The translations under genes were made by a program, and so were the position numbers. Positions 9,812 to 19,718 of a stretch of DNA of 46,960 nucleotides are shown in pieces (position 1 is the first letter of the stretch; the number at the start of each line of letters is the position of its first letter). The notes beneath the pieces are model-generated. The model ran no database searches, was not told the origin of the DNA, and worked only from the letters and a program-made list of their open reading frames with translations. The DNA comes from Thermostichus sp. DRC_bins_24 (GTDB taxonomy: Bacteria > Cyanobacteriota > Cyanobacteriia > Thermostichales > Thermostichaceae), in assembly GCA_039794845.1 (NCBI GenBank), contig JAUQVK010000033.1, positions 1 through 46,960 on the forward strand, read 5' to 3'.

Positions 9812-11143
9812 TTAGCAGGATGGGGATCCCGTGAGTCGCTGCAGGGTAGGAATGAAGTCGGGGTAGGAAATGCGGGCACAGTCGGCTCCCCTGAGGGTGG
9901 TGGATCCCTTTGCCCCCAACGCGGCCACCATCAAGCTCATGGCAATACGGTGATCCTCGTGGCTGTCCACCTCTGCTCCTTGCAGGGGGATCCCGCCCTT
10001 GATTTCTAGGCCATCGGCCTGTTCGGTGACATTCACCCCCATGCGGCCCAGCTCCTGTGCTATGGCTGCCAAGCGGTCACTCTCTTTCACCCGTAGCTCT
10101 GCGGCATCCCGAATCACCGTCACCCCCTCGGCGAAGGCCGCCGCCACCGCCAACACCGGGATCTCATCGATCAAGGTGGGAATCAGATCTCCCCCGATGC
10201 TGCAGCCCCGCAGGTGTGCCGAACGTACCCGCAAGTCCCCTAGGGGTTCCCCGGCCATTTCCCGCCGGTTCTCAATGTGAATATCTGCCCCCATCTCCTG
10301 CAGCACCTGCAGCACCCCGGTACGGGTGGGGTTGAGCCCCACATTGGGTAGCAGCAATTCGCTCTCCGGCACAATCGAGCCTGCCACCAACCAAAAGGCT
10401 GCGGAGCTAATATCCCCCGGCACCAGCACCGCCTGACCCACGAGGTGGGATCCCCCCACTACGGCAACCGTTTTTGCCTCTGGATCGGCGCTGATCTGAG
10501 CCCCAAAAGCCCGCAACATCCGCTCGGAGTGATCCCGCGAGAGGGCGGGTTCCGTCACTTGGGTAGTGCCTTCTGCCAACAGACCTGCCAGCAAAAGGCA
10601 GGATTTCACCTGGGCAGAAGCCACGGGCGAATGGTAGTGAATGCCCTTCAGAGATCCCCCTTGAATGGCCAAAGGTGCAAGCTTGCCCCCGGCCCGACCC
10701 CAAATGGCAGCCCCCATCTGTCGCAAGGGATCCACCACCCGCCCCATGGGCCGCGAGCGCAGGGATCTATCCCCCGTCACCACAAAAAACCGTCCGGCAT
10801 GGCTGGCTAAGATCCCCAACATCAAGCGCAGGGTTGTGCCGGAGTTGCCCGCATCCAACACATCTGCGGGTTCTTGCAACCGGCCCAAGCCAATCCCGTT
10901 CACCCGCACCAGCTCCGTATTCAGTTCGGAAATATCCGCCCCCAGTGCCCGAAAACAGGCGGCAGTACTGCGGGGATCCTCCCCCAACAACAGTCCTTGA
11001 ATGGTGGTTTCTCCCTCCGCCAGGGATCCCAGCATCAGGGCACGGTGAGAAATGGATTTGTCGCCGGGAATGCTCACTTGGCCCCGTAGACCTGTGACGG
11101 AAGACAGAGTAAGGGCATTGGCAGTAGCAGGGGGGATCAGCAC
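9812..11143 (-). CDS. aroA: 3-phosphoshikimate 1-carboxyvinyltransferase (EPSP synthase)
   Basis: [33 protein letters not shown] and DHRIAM. The start is uncertain: GTG 11143 was chosen, and the ORF extends to 11239. Confidence 0.97.
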   Translation of the reverse strand: MLIPPATANALTLSSVTGLRGQVSIPGDKSISHRALMLGSLAEGETTIQGLLLGEDPRSTAACFRALGADISELNTELVRVNGIGLGRLQEPADVLDAGNSGTTLRLMLGILASHAGRFFVVTGDRSLRSRPMGRVVDPLRQMGAAIWGRAGGKLAPLAIQGGSLKGIHYHSPVASAQVKSCLLLAGLLAEGTTQVTEPALSRDHSERMLRAFGAQISADPEAKTVAVVGGSHLVGQAVLVPGDISSAAFWLVAGSIVPESELLLPNVGLNPTRTGVLQVLQEMGADIHIENRREMAGEPLGDLRVRSAHLRGCSIGGDLIPTLIDEIPVLAVAAAFAEGVTVIRDAAELRVKESDRLAAIAQELGRMGVNVTEQADGLEIKGGIPLQGAEVDSHEDHRIAMSLMVAALGAKGSTTLRGADCARISYPDFIPTLQRLTGSPSC

Positions 11144-11355
11144 AGCAAACGTTGCAGGAATTGAGGCAGTCTTATCATACTCATGCCTGTGGCGGATCCC
11201 CCCTGGCCACAAGACAGCCTGTCTTTTGACGGGATCCATTCTTCCCTTGGAAAATCACCTCAACAACATGGATTCCTGGGTCGGGGCTGCCTCGGCCTTT
11301 TTTTTGCAAGCTTACGGGTATTGGCGGGTCAGGGAGCCTCGCTAGAATCGAACCA

Positions 11356-11823
11356 GTGCCCAAAGCCAAAGCTGTGCCCCTTCCGATTGACTCTGGAGAA
11401 TCTACCTTGGCCGTAACCCATTGGCCCCTGAGCCGGCTCCCTGGCCTCAGTGCCGCCGATCAAGCTGCTCTCCAACGGCAGGGCATTGAGTCTACCCAGC
11501 AATTGCTGGAGCGTTGCCCCACCTTGCCCGAGCAACAGGCCCTCTCCACCCAACTGAACATTCCGCTGCGCTTTATCCGCAAATGGGTGGCGCTTGCGGA
11601 TTTGGCCCAGCTACCGGCAGTGGGGCCAGAGGGGTGTGGGTTGTTGTTACACGCGGGCATTGTCTCGGTGGAACAGTTGGCGCAGGGATCCCCGCAAATC
11701 CTGCACCGCACCCTCTGTCGCCTCCAGGTGAGAAGCACCGGCCAACGCAGCGACAGCCTCAGCTTTGCCCAAGTCTCCGGGTGGATTCGCCAAGCCCAGT
11801 TGAAAACCCAACGGTCTTCCTAA
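11356..11823 (+). CDS. DUF4332 domain (helix-hairpin-helix) protein
   Basis: KWVALADL..LPAVG...GLLLHAGIVSVEQLA...WIRQA. The start is uncertain. Confidence 0.75.
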   Translation: MPKAKAVPLPIDSGESTLAVTHWPLSRLPGLSAADQAALQRQGIESTQQLLERCPTLPEQQALSTQLNIPLRFIRKWVALADLAQLPAVGPEGCGLLLHAGIVSVEQLAQGSPQILHRTLCRLQVRSTGQRSDSLSFAQVSGWIRQAQLKTQRSS

Positions 11824-12503
11824 TGGTTCTCTTCTCGACTCAGCAAATCCTGCCGCCGCCTCTTTACCCACCCCTGCACTGGGGCCTCAAAACCCTCTTC
11901 CCAGACTGTTTGTGGGAGCTGCCCGCCAACCCCCATACCCGACAAGTGGCCCTCACCTTTGACGATGGTCCCCACCCCGGCCATACCCCGGCTTTGTTGC
12001 AGGTTTTGGCAGCGTTTCAGGTGCCCGCCACCTTCTTTGTGCTCGGGGAACGGGTACAGCGCTGGCCCCACCTAGCCCAGCAGATCCATCAACAGGGCCA
12101 TCACCTGGGCTTACATGGTTGGCAACACCGTTCTTTTACTCAACTTAGCCCCAGGGAACTGTACCAAAGCCTTAAGCGCAGCCAAGCGACTCTGGCTGCT
12201 GCCTGTGGCAACAGTCCCAGTGATTATCGAGCCGTACGCCCACCCAATGGCCTGTTTTGGCCTCAGACCCTTGTGGATTTGCGCCGTTGGGGGTTTCAAC
12301 CGGTGATGTGGAGCGTGGTACCCGAAGATTGGCTTGTCCCGCCTGTATCGGTGGTGGTGGAGCGGGCGCTCACTCAGGTGCGAGCCGGTGCGGTGATCGT
12401 GCTGCACGATGGGGTACACGGCGGATCCCAGGTGGCCGAGGTGACGCGGCAGTTGATCCCAGCCTTGCAAGAACGAGGCTTTCAGTTTGTCCGTCTTCCC
12501 TGA
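11823..12503 (+). CDS. Polysaccharide deacetylase (NodB/CE4 family)
   Basis: ALTFDDGP, ATFFVLG, HGWQH, RPPNG and VLHDG. The ATG overlaps the upstream stop (TAATG at 11821-11825). Confidence 0.9.
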   Translation: MVLFSTQQILPPPLYPPLHWGLKTLFPDCLWELPANPHTRQVALTFDDGPHPGHTPALLQVLAAFQVPATFFVLGERVQRWPHLAQQIHQQGHHLGLHGWQHRSFTQLSPRELYQSLKRSQATLAAACGNSPSDYRAVRPPNGLFWPQTLVDLRRWGFQPVMWSVVPEDWLVPPVSVVVERALTQVRAGAVIVLHDGVHGGSQVAEVTRQLIPALQERGFQFVRLP

Positions 12504-12569
12504 GATCTATTCCGGTTGTGGGGAAAATTGAATACAGTGAAGTCAAGCACAGGTAGGGGGAACAAAGCC

Positions 12570-13325
12570 ATGGGCGCACGCAAGGTGATCTACGGCATTT
12601 TCGGGCAACGGGCGGGCAGCGTCATTGTCGGTACCTGGAATTGGCTGTGGGGGATCCCTGTGGATAAAGGTGGTACAGGGGCGGTGATGGTGGCGGAAGA
12701 ATCTCTCCGCACCATGCAAGAATCTGTCCAGCGCCTCACCGAAGCCGTCGCCACCCAAGTGGCCTCCTACCAGCGGGCTGAGCAGAAATACATGCAAAAG
12801 GTGCGGGAGTACCAGGCCCTGGAGAACAAAGCCCGCCTGGCGGCCCAACGGGGTGATCAAGAGGCCGCCCGCCTGGCCATGGCGCAAGCTCTTCAGATTG
12901 AAGCAATCCTCGGCCCTCTTAAAGAAAATGTCGAAACTGCCGAGCGCTATGTCACCGCCGCCAAGCAAAGGTTGACCCGCGAAAAGGAAAAGCTCGCCGC
13001 CTACAAAAACGAGCTGAGCAACATGAAGGACATCAACGAGGTGAACCAAGCCCTCGAGCAGATGACCCGTGTGAACAATGCCTACAACATCGACTCCGCC
13101 AAGTCCCAATTTGAGGCTGCCAAGAACGCAGTGCAGGCCCGCCAATTCAAAGCCCGTGCCATGAGCGAACTCTCGGAGGATCGCAGTGAACAGATCGCCG
13201 CTCAACTGGACAACATGGCCATGGATGACGAAGTGTCGCGGCGTTTGGCCATGCTCACTGGTCAGGGGAATGCTCAGGTGAACCTGCCGATGCCGGAGCT
13301 AGACTTTGAGGTGAAATCACCTTAA
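12570..13325 (+). CDS. PspA/IM30 (Vipp1-like) family protein
   Basis: Long coiled coil with A..A...G..EAARLA motif and C-terminal DDEV..RLA. This is a cyanobacterial paralog with a WNWLWG N-terminus. ATG at 12570. Confidence 0.8.
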   Translation: MGARKVIYGIFGQRAGSVIVGTWNWLWGIPVDKGGTGAVMVAEESLRTMQESVQRLTEAVATQVASYQRAEQKYMQKVREYQALENKARLAAQRGDQEAARLAMAQALQIEAILGPLKENVETAERYVTAAKQRLTREKEKLAAYKNELSNMKDINEVNQALEQMTRVNNAYNIDSAKSQFEAAKNAVQARQFKARAMSELSEDRSEQIAAQLDNMAMDDEVSRRLAMLTGQGNAQVNLPMPELDFEVKSP

Positions 13326-13360
13326 GCCCCCTTATGGGTTTCCCGGAGCTTTCGGGGCTT
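13324..13360. terminator. Hairpin between convergent genes
   Basis: AAGCCCC...GGGGCTT outer arms, with an alternative inner CCCGGA-GCT-TTCGGG stem. Confidence 0.4.
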
Positions 13361-13391
13361 GTAGCGCCCTGCTGACAGATGAGCTGGCCGG

Positions 13392-14513
13392 TTAAGCTGC
13401 ACGCTTGAGATTCTCTTGGCCCGAAATCAACCGGGCACTCAGGATCGGATCGCCTACTTTGATGTGGTGCAGGACTTCTGTACCCTCGGTTACATACCCA
13501 AACACGGCGTAGCGGCCATCCATCAGGTTCAACCCCGCCGGGGTCAAATCAGGTTCCGCCATGAAGATAAAAAATTGTGAGGAGGCACTGTTGGGATCAT
13601 CGGGGTAACGGGCCATGGCCACTGTCCCTTCTGCCGAAAAGGGCAAAGCGGGCTCCACATCCCACATTCCCATCTGCTCAAAGGTTTGACCGTAGTGGGG
13701 GACGATCTCCCCTTTGGCGCGAATCTCCATCGGAATGGTGCGGGTTTTGCCGGTGGCTGGGTCCACATATCCATCGGCAGGGCCAGGGGGATCCCCTGCT
13801 TGAATGACGTAGAAATTTTCCACCCGGTCGAAGCTCAGCCCATCGTAAAAGCCCCGCTGTACCAAATCGGCGAAATTGCCCGCCGTAATCGGGGCGCTGT
13901 AGCCATCCAAGGTGATCCGCATTTGCCCAGCCGTGGTATTCAGTTCTACCTCAGCCCGGCCCAACAGTTGGGGCAAATCGGCATATTCAGCAGGCACCTC
14001 GAAAGGAAAAGGCCCCAGCCAGTTGTCCTCCAGGGATCCTAGACCGGCCAGGAGATGGTCGTAGGCAGCACGGGCGGCCTCTTTCCCCTTCGATTTCAGT
14101 TGGATTTCTTGGCTAAGAACCTGCAGTTGTTCGCGGATAGCGGCCATCTGCTCAGCAGCGGTGGGCAATTTGGCCTCGGGCAAACTCGCCAACAATGGGG
14201 CAGCATAACGATCCAGGAGGCGCTCTACAGAACGAATATCGCCACGCACCGCAGACCAGCGGTTGTACTTCAGGTCGGCATCGATTTTGGAGATAGCCTC
14301 GTCCAACTCCAGTAGACGAGGTTCTTGGATGGGTAGAGCCTGTCGCAGTAGGGTACGTGCATCGGTAATGGCATTGCCCTGAGGGAGTGCAGAGGCCGGG
14401 ATCCCCCAAAGAAAAACACAGAGAAGGCTGATCCCCAAGATGCCAGACCAGTAAACCCCTTGCCAAGGTAAGGGTCTCCACCGCCACCAGTATCGTTGGG
14501 CATGCTGCATCAT
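13392..14513 (-). CDS. Cyclophilin-type peptidyl-prolyl isomerase (CYP38/TLP40-like, lumenal)
   Basis: Signal peptide ending ASA-LPQGNAITD..LLR.ALP, helical domain, DGYSAPITAGNF.DLV..GFYDG, SASSQFF and DGRYAVFGYV. Confidence 0.9.
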   Translation of the reverse strand: MMQHAQRYWWRWRPLPWQGVYWSGILGISLLCVFLWGIPASALPQGNAITDARTLLRQALPIQEPRLLELDEAISKIDADLKYNRWSAVRGDIRSVERLLDRYAAPLLASLPEAKLPTAAEQMAAIREQLQVLSQEIQLKSKGKEAARAAYDHLLAGLGSLEDNWLGPFPFEVPAEYADLPQLLGRAEVELNTTAGQMRITLDGYSAPITAGNFADLVQRGFYDGLSFDRVENFYVIQAGDPPGPADGYVDPATGKTRTIPMEIRAKGEIVPHYGQTFEQMGMWDVEPALPFSAEGTVAMARYPDDPNSASSQFFIFMAEPDLTPAGLNLMDGRYAVFGYVTEGTEVLHHIKVGDPILSARLISGQENLKRAA

Positions 14514-14625
14514 GGCTCTAACTTGTTCCGAAAACCACTCTTCCCTCAGCCTGACATCCTACCGTCACAGGCGGCAAGCATTTACCAAGCTCAAAAGGGT
14601 GGGGCGAGTTGGGCTTGGGCCGCTT

Positions 14626-14634
14626 TGCTACACT
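14626..14634 (+). promoter_or_regulatory. Extended -10 promoter (TGcTACACT)
   Basis: TGnTAnnnT motif about 135 bp upstream of ORF 14769. Confidence 0.4.
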
Positions 14635-14768
14635 CAGGGGAGCTTTACTCGGATCCCCGGCCTGCAGAGGAACAGCTTTCCGACAAAAGGGTTACCTGAA
14701 AGGGCCATCTCGTCGTGGGAGTCGAGTTTGAAAGGGATCCTTAGAAGGGTGAGGAGAACGGTGGGGTC

Positions 14769-15458
14769 ATGGCGGCAAAGAACCTGAAGTTTTATTGGAG
14801 CCCCCAGCGTCAGCTGTTTAGTTGTGATGGGGCCAAGCTAGAAGGGCATGGATACATTCAAACCAACCCTTCACACGATTTGGTGCACCTGTTTGTTGCT
14901 GCCAACGGCAATATGCCCTGGCAGCCGGTGGAAACCCGTGAGCAAACCTGCTTTGCGGAATACAACGCCGTTATGCTAGAGCACCTTTTGGTTAACTGCT
15001 TCAACACCGCAGCGGTAGGATCCATGGCCGCAGAGCAAATCATTCCAGAAGCCCGGAAGTTCTTGAAGTGGTTTGTATCCGATCACTATGCTCCTTTTCC
15101 GGTTTCTGAAGACGAAGCCTTTCGTCGGTTTGCCGAACATTTGGATGTGGAGCGAATTGTGCGTTTGTTCCCTTACTTTTATGACTTGCGCGCCTGGGAA
15201 TGGCTCAGCCCCGACTATCGCAATGAGGTTTATGACCTGGAATTTACCTCCGAAGATGATCCCGTCACGGAATCCCCGGATTGGGCCGCAGAACCCAATG
15301 TGTTGGAGACCCAGGAACTGGTGAGGCAAAAGCTCACAGAGGCTCTGGCCGAAGCAGGATTTCACAGGTCTAAACCCGAGCCTGTTGCTCTTCAGCCCCA
15401 ACCCAAACCGAAGAAGTGGAAATCGGGATCCGGATTCAAATCTGTCTGGGCCTACTGA
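14769..15458 (+). CDS. Hypothetical protein with HDxxH...E zincin-like motif
   Basis: 229-aa ORF with normal composition, SHDLVH...FAEYNA, a basic KPKKWKSGSGF tail and upstream GAGGAG. Confidence 0.7.
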   Translation: MAAKNLKFYWSPQRQLFSCDGAKLEGHGYIQTNPSHDLVHLFVAANGNMPWQPVETREQTCFAEYNAVMLEHLLVNCFNTAAVGSMAAEQIIPEARKFLKWFVSDHYAPFPVSEDEAFRRFAEHLDVERIVRLFPYFYDLRAWEWLSPDYRNEVYDLEFTSEDDPVTESPDWAAEPNVLETQELVRQKLTEALAEAGFHRSKPEPVALQPQPKPKKWKSGSGFKSVWAY

Positions 15459-15557
15459 CGGGTGTGGCGGCACATACATGATTTCATACATGATTTATTT
15501 ATCAATATCTAAGTTTGGGTTGTGGGATTGCGTACCCGCAAACAGGCTGAGTTGGAA

Positions 15558-15679
15558 ATGGGGATCCCCATGAGGAAATCCTAGAACAGGCGCGGGAAAC
15601 CTTGGCAAAACATCGCCACCAAGAAGCGCATGTGCAGGAGACGATGCTGGAACGCACCGAAGAACAGTTGGGAGGGTAG
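15558..15679 (+). pseudogene. Small GifA/IF7-like ORF, apparently frameshifted near its start
   Basis: Frame 15560-15679 reads GDPHEEILEQARETLAKHRHQEAHVQETMLERTEEQLGG*, resembling the IF7 core QARALMMRHHQ...QQSMLSRAAAEIG. The only nearby ATG (15558) is out of frame across a G4 run. Confidence 0.45.
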
Positions 15680-15700
15680 ATAGCCATCAGCTTGTTGACG

Positions 15701-15721
15701 GGGAGGGGAGTTTTCCTTCTC
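15701..15721. terminator. Hairpin between the micro-ORF and the convergent EAL gene
   Basis: GGGAGGGGA-GTTT-TCCTTCTC stem with G-U pairs. Confidence 0.35.
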
Positions 15722-15736
15722 GGGGGAGCTTCTGAT

Positions 15737-17527
15737 CTAAGCGGTTTTCAAGTTTTTGAGAACCAGGGGAGGATTTTCCAAAAAGCGGGTCATGGTTGCC
15801 GCAGGAAGAGGCCGAGAAATGAAATAGCCCTGTGCTTCATGACAGCCCAACTGCAAGAGAAAGTTGAGGTGCTCAGCCGTTTCTACCCCTTCTGCCGTAA
15901 TTCGCAACCCCAAACTTTTGGCCATGGCGACGATCGCTTTAACAATTGCAGGCACTTCTGGCTGAGTGGTGAGGGCACGGGTAAAGGATTGGTCGATCTT
16001 GAGGGTGTCGAAGGGGAGGCGACTCAAGTAGCTGAGGGAAGAATATCCTGTACCAAAATCATCCAGGGCGATGGTGGATCCCTGCTCGCGGAGTTGTTGC
16101 AAGACTTGCGTTGCATGTTGCACAGCTCCCATCAGGATGCTTTCCGTGAGTTCGATCTCCACCTGTTGGGGGGCTAGTTTCGTTTCTGCCAGTATCTGGG
16201 CCAGCAAATCCGGCAAAGCCTGTTGTTCCAATTGCACAGCTGAAACATTCACAGCGATGCGAATTGGAGAAAACCCCGCCTGCTGCCAAGCCCGACATTG
16301 TTCACAAGCAGCCCGCAACACCCACTCGCCAATGGGCAAAATCAAGCCTGTTTCTTCAGCAATGGGAATGAATCGGGCTGGGGAGACCATGCCCAACTGG
16401 GGATGTTGCCAACGGATCAGGGCTTCGGCTGCAAAGGGACGTCCGGTTTCTAGGTCGATGCGGGGTTGATAGTGCAGCAGCAGTTGTCCTTGTTCGATGG
16501 CTTGGCGGAGATCCCCTTCTAGGCTGAGGCGTTCCTGGGAGAGTTGTCGAATTTCTGGGGAGAAAAACCGCTGTTGGTTGCGTCCTTCTTGGCGGGCACG
16601 TTGCAGAGCGGCTTCGGCATTTTGCAACAGTTGCTCTGGGGTTTGACCATCGTTGGGAAAGCAGCTAATGCCCACATTAACCCCGACATAGACGGGATGG
16701 CTCTCGGTGTGAATTGTACCGTTCTCACGGCCAAGCATCACCAGAAACGGTTGATCAAAACAGGCGATCAACGTTTGGGCCAACAGGCCAATTCCTTCAT
16801 CGGAGTACAGATCGGCACGTACCACCTTAAAGGCTTCTGGCGCAGTACGGGCCAATAGGTCAGTTTCTTGAAGGTGTAGGGATAGACGCTGGGCAATTTC
16901 TCGAATCAGGCGGTCTCGGGCTTCGCTCCCCCAGGTGGTGTTAATGTCTTGGATCCCTTCTAAGCTGAGGGCAAGCACCGCAACACAGCGTTGACGTGAA
17001 CGAGCGACAGCCAGCAGTTGTTGCAGTTGAGAGCGGAGGTTGGTGGCATTGGGCAAGCCGGTAAGCTCGTCGTAGTTGGTCATTTGCCGGATCAGTCGGT
17101 CGAGCTTGCGTAGGGTAATGCCAGTATTGGCCATCAGGATCCCGGCGGCATCTCGAAACCCCGTGGGCAAGTAGGGAACAGTATTGGTCTTAAGATAATC
17201 CTGCAGTGCAGTACTGGTGACACTCACCGGGGCCAAAAGAAAATGCAGTGCCAACAGAGTAAGGGCCGTGCCCACCAATGTCGCCCACAGGGCAATCAAG
17301 AGGATCCCAGTGGCTTGAGCTAGGGTCAAAGGATTGCTGAGAATAAAAAATGCCAGCAGGGTGAGCAACGGGACATGAGTGCCCAAGAAGGCTATCAACA
17401 TGATCTTGAACTGGTAGCTGCGCTGCAGACCCGGAACTTTGGCCAGGGTACGATAGAGCCAAAGGCTGGATAATTGGGCAGATTTCACCACAGCAACCCG
17501 ATTCACAAAGATAAACAAGGGACTCAC
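15737..17527 (-). CDS. Membrane-anchored GGDEF(degenerate)-EAL c-di-GMP phosphodiesterase
   Basis: Two TM helices and a HAMP-like segment, YDELTGLPN, GGDEF replaced by APEAF, and intact EALIRW, IELTES, DDFGTGYSSL, KIDQSF, AEGVET and QGY. The start is uncertain. Confidence 0.9.
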   Translation of the reverse strand: MSPLFIFVNRVAVVKSAQLSSLWLYRTLAKVPGLQRSYQFKIMLIAFLGTHVPLLTLLAFFILSNPLTLAQATGILLIALWATLVGTALTLLALHFLLAPVSVTSTALQDYLKTNTVPYLPTGFRDAAGILMANTGITLRKLDRLIRQMTNYDELTGLPNATNLRSQLQQLLAVARSRQRCVAVLALSLEGIQDINTTWGSEARDRLIREIAQRLSLHLQETDLLARTAPEAFKVVRADLYSDEGIGLLAQTLIACFDQPFLVMLGRENGTIHTESHPVYVGVNVGISCFPNDGQTPEQLLQNAEAALQRARQEGRNQQRFFSPEIRQLSQERLSLEGDLRQAIEQGQLLLHYQPRIDLETGRPFAAEALIRWQHPQLGMVSPARFIPIAEETGLILPIGEWVLRAACEQCRAWQQAGFSPIRIAVNVSAVQLEQQALPDLLAQILAETKLAPQQVEIELTESILMGAVQHATQVLQQLREQGSTIALDDFGTGYSSLSYLSRLPFDTLKIDQSFTRALTTQPEVPAIVKAIVAMAKSLGLRITAEGVETAEHLNFLLQLGCHEAQGYFISRPLPAATMTRFLENPPLVLKNLKTA

Positions 17528-17735
17528 AAAACTCTGGCTTAAATGCTTTTACTTGAGCCCAGAAGGGATAAGGCCACCCCTAAGCTAAGAATAATACAAG
17601 TCGCTACGGGTTAGTACGGAGAACGAGGCTTTGATGAATCTTAATCTCCCGCGTTTTTCTGCCAGGGATCCCTGACAAAAGGGGGGGGTGGCTGGGTCAG
17701 CGCTGTTATCATAAGTACCTCACTCCGCTAGGGGG

Positions 17736-18797
17736 ATGTGTGCCTTGCAGTATCTGCGCCCCGATTTGCTTCACCTCAAGCCTTACGATGCCGTGTTGCC
17801 TCAGGCTGCCGACAAGTTGGATGCCAATGAGTTCCCGCTGGATTGGCCGATAGGCTTTAAGCAAAAACTCTCCCTGCTCTGGGAAAAAGGGATCCCCAGC
17901 AATCGTTACCCGGATGCCAATCACCACGGCCTCAAACAAGCAATCGCAGCCTATGCGGGGGCGGATCCCCATCAGATCAGCGTAGGCAATGGGTCGGATG
18001 AGCTGATTCGCTCCCTTTTGATCGCCACTTGCCTGGGCGGGCGGGGCAGCATTTTGGTTGCAGAGCCTACGTTTTCCATGTATGCGATCTTGGCCCAGAG
18101 TTTGGGGATCCCGGTGGTGCGGGTGGGGCGTGATGCCGATACCTTTACCCTGGATCTGGATCTGTGTAACCAAGCGCTGGCGGAGCATCCGATTCGGGTG
18201 GTGTGTTTGGTGGATCCCAACTCCCCCACAGGCAATGGCCTGAGCGAAGCCGAGTGGGCTTGGATTGAGACCCTACCCCCCGAAACTTTGGTGATTTTGG
18301 ATGAAGCCTATTTCGAGTTTAGCCAGCACACAGCCCTGCCCAAGTTGGCCGATCATCCCCATTGGGTGGTGTTGCGCACCTTCTCTAAAGCCTTTCGTTT
18401 GGCGGCCCATCGGATTGGGTATGCCATTGGCCACCCTCAGTTGATCCCGGTCTTGGAGTCCATTCGTCTGCCCTACAACCTACCCGCCATTTCTCAATGG
18501 GCAGTTCAGATTGCCTTGGAACACGCTGAGGAGTTTTTGGCCGACTTGCCCCTTTTGCGCCAAGAACGCGAAACTCTGTACAACGCCCTGCAACAGTTGC
18601 CTGGGGTACGGGTGTGGCCCAGCCAAGCGAACTTTTTGTACCTGCGGGTGGAGGGGCGGGATCCCCAACAACTGCAACGGGAATGGCAGGAATTGGGTAC
18701 TTGTGTCCGCTCAACGGGTGGGGGCATCCGCCTAACGGTGGGCACCCCAGAGGAGAACCGGCGTGCCTTGAGCCGCCTGCTGCAACTGCTGCGCTAG
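17736..18797 (+). CDS. hisC: Histidinol-phosphate aminotransferase
   Basis: KLDANE, NRYPD, GNGSDELI, PNSPTG, DEAY and LRTFSKAF.LA..RIGY. Confidence 0.93.
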   Translation: MCALQYLRPDLLHLKPYDAVLPQAADKLDANEFPLDWPIGFKQKLSLLWEKGIPSNRYPDANHHGLKQAIAAYAGADPHQISVGNGSDELIRSLLIATCLGGRGSILVAEPTFSMYAILAQSLGIPVVRVGRDADTFTLDLDLCNQALAEHPIRVVCLVDPNSPTGNGLSEAEWAWIETLPPETLVILDEAYFEFSQHTALPKLADHPHWVVLRTFSKAFRLAAHRIGYAIGHPQLIPVLESIRLPYNLPAISQWAVQIALEHAEEFLADLPLLRQERETLYNALQQLPGVRVWPSQANFLYLRVEGRDPQQLQREWQELGTCVRSTGGGIRLTVGTPEENRRALSRLLQLLR

Positions 18798-19571
18798 TTA
18801 GAGTTGCTCCGGATCCCATCCTTGAGAGCGCAGGATGGTTTTAAGCCGTTCGAGTTGTTGCTGAATTTGCTCTTTAGCCTGCCGTTCTTGCTCGGCTCGT
18901 TGGTATTCTTGCTCGGCTCGCTGCCGTTCTTGCTCTTTGGCTTGCCGTTCAGCCTCCTCGGGCAGAGGGATCAACTGCCCTTCAGCCGTAAACCAACGCA
19001 GTTTCCCCTCGTGAATTCCCAATTGTAGCCCCAGTTGCTCGCTGGGAAGATGCCCCGCTGAGTCTGGAGGGATCTCTTGATAGCGACCCTCGACTAGGCG
19101 AAACCCGGCAAATTCTAGGGTGTGAGGATCGAACCAGTAATACTCCGGCAACCGCCAGATATCTTGATAGAGGGCTTTCTTGGCACCTTTATCCACCTTC
19201 GCTGTGGAACTCGACAGTAGCTCGATCACCACATTGGGATACCGCCCTCCTTCATCCCAAATGGCCCAGCTGCGCCGATCTTTTTTTTCAGCCCCCAAAA
19301 CCACGAACACATCCGGCCCGCGAAAATCCCGTGTTTTGAGTTGCTGGGTGTTGTAGTAGACGGTCAGGTTGCCGGAAATATAAAAGTCCTGACGATTGCG
19401 CCACCAATACTGCAAGATCCGAATCAGCAAATCTATTTGTTGGCGGTGAAGATCGGATTCCAAGGGGGGTTCATCACTTTCTAAATCGCTAGGGGGCAGC
19501 CAGATCCCGTTACCGATCTCTTCTTGATTTTCCTCTTTCAATAGAGGGGGATGTTCATCCAGACGAGTCAT
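18798..19571 (-). CDS. Uma2-family PD-(D/E)XK endonuclease with C-terminal coiled-coil repeats
   Basis: SDEPPLESDLH, GPDVFVV, P.VVIELLSSST..VD...KK.LY and PEYYWFDP, with EQERQRA heptads. Confidence 0.92.
   Translation of the reverse strand: MTRLDEHPPLLKEENQEEIGNGIWLPPSDLESDEPPLESDLHRQQIDLLIRILQYWWRNRQDFYISGNLTVYYNTQQLKTRDFRGPDVFVVLGAEKKDRRSWAIWDEGGRYPNVVIELLSSSTAKVDKGAKKALYQDIWRLPEYYWFDPHTLEFAGFRLVEGRYQEIPPDSAGHLPSEQLGLQLGIHEGKLRWFTAEGQLIPLPEEAERQAKEQERQRAEQEYQRAEQERQAKEQIQQQLERLKTILRSQGWDPEQL
18872..18950 (-). repeat. 21-bp coding tandem repeats (EQERQRA/EQERQAK heptads)
   Basis: Repeated ttcttgctc(ggctcg/tttggc) units in the Uma2 3' end. Confidence 0.8.
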
Positions 19572-19718
19572 GGCTAACGGGGGTGGGGCACCAAGGTGAA
19601 TGAGATTAGTATAGTCGGGGGATATGGGGTGGAAAAGCTGTATCTAGAGGATTCTGACCCTGAGCAGCATGGATATTGGAGTCACTGTGCCGCTTCATAG
19701 TTGGGAAAGCCAGGATCT

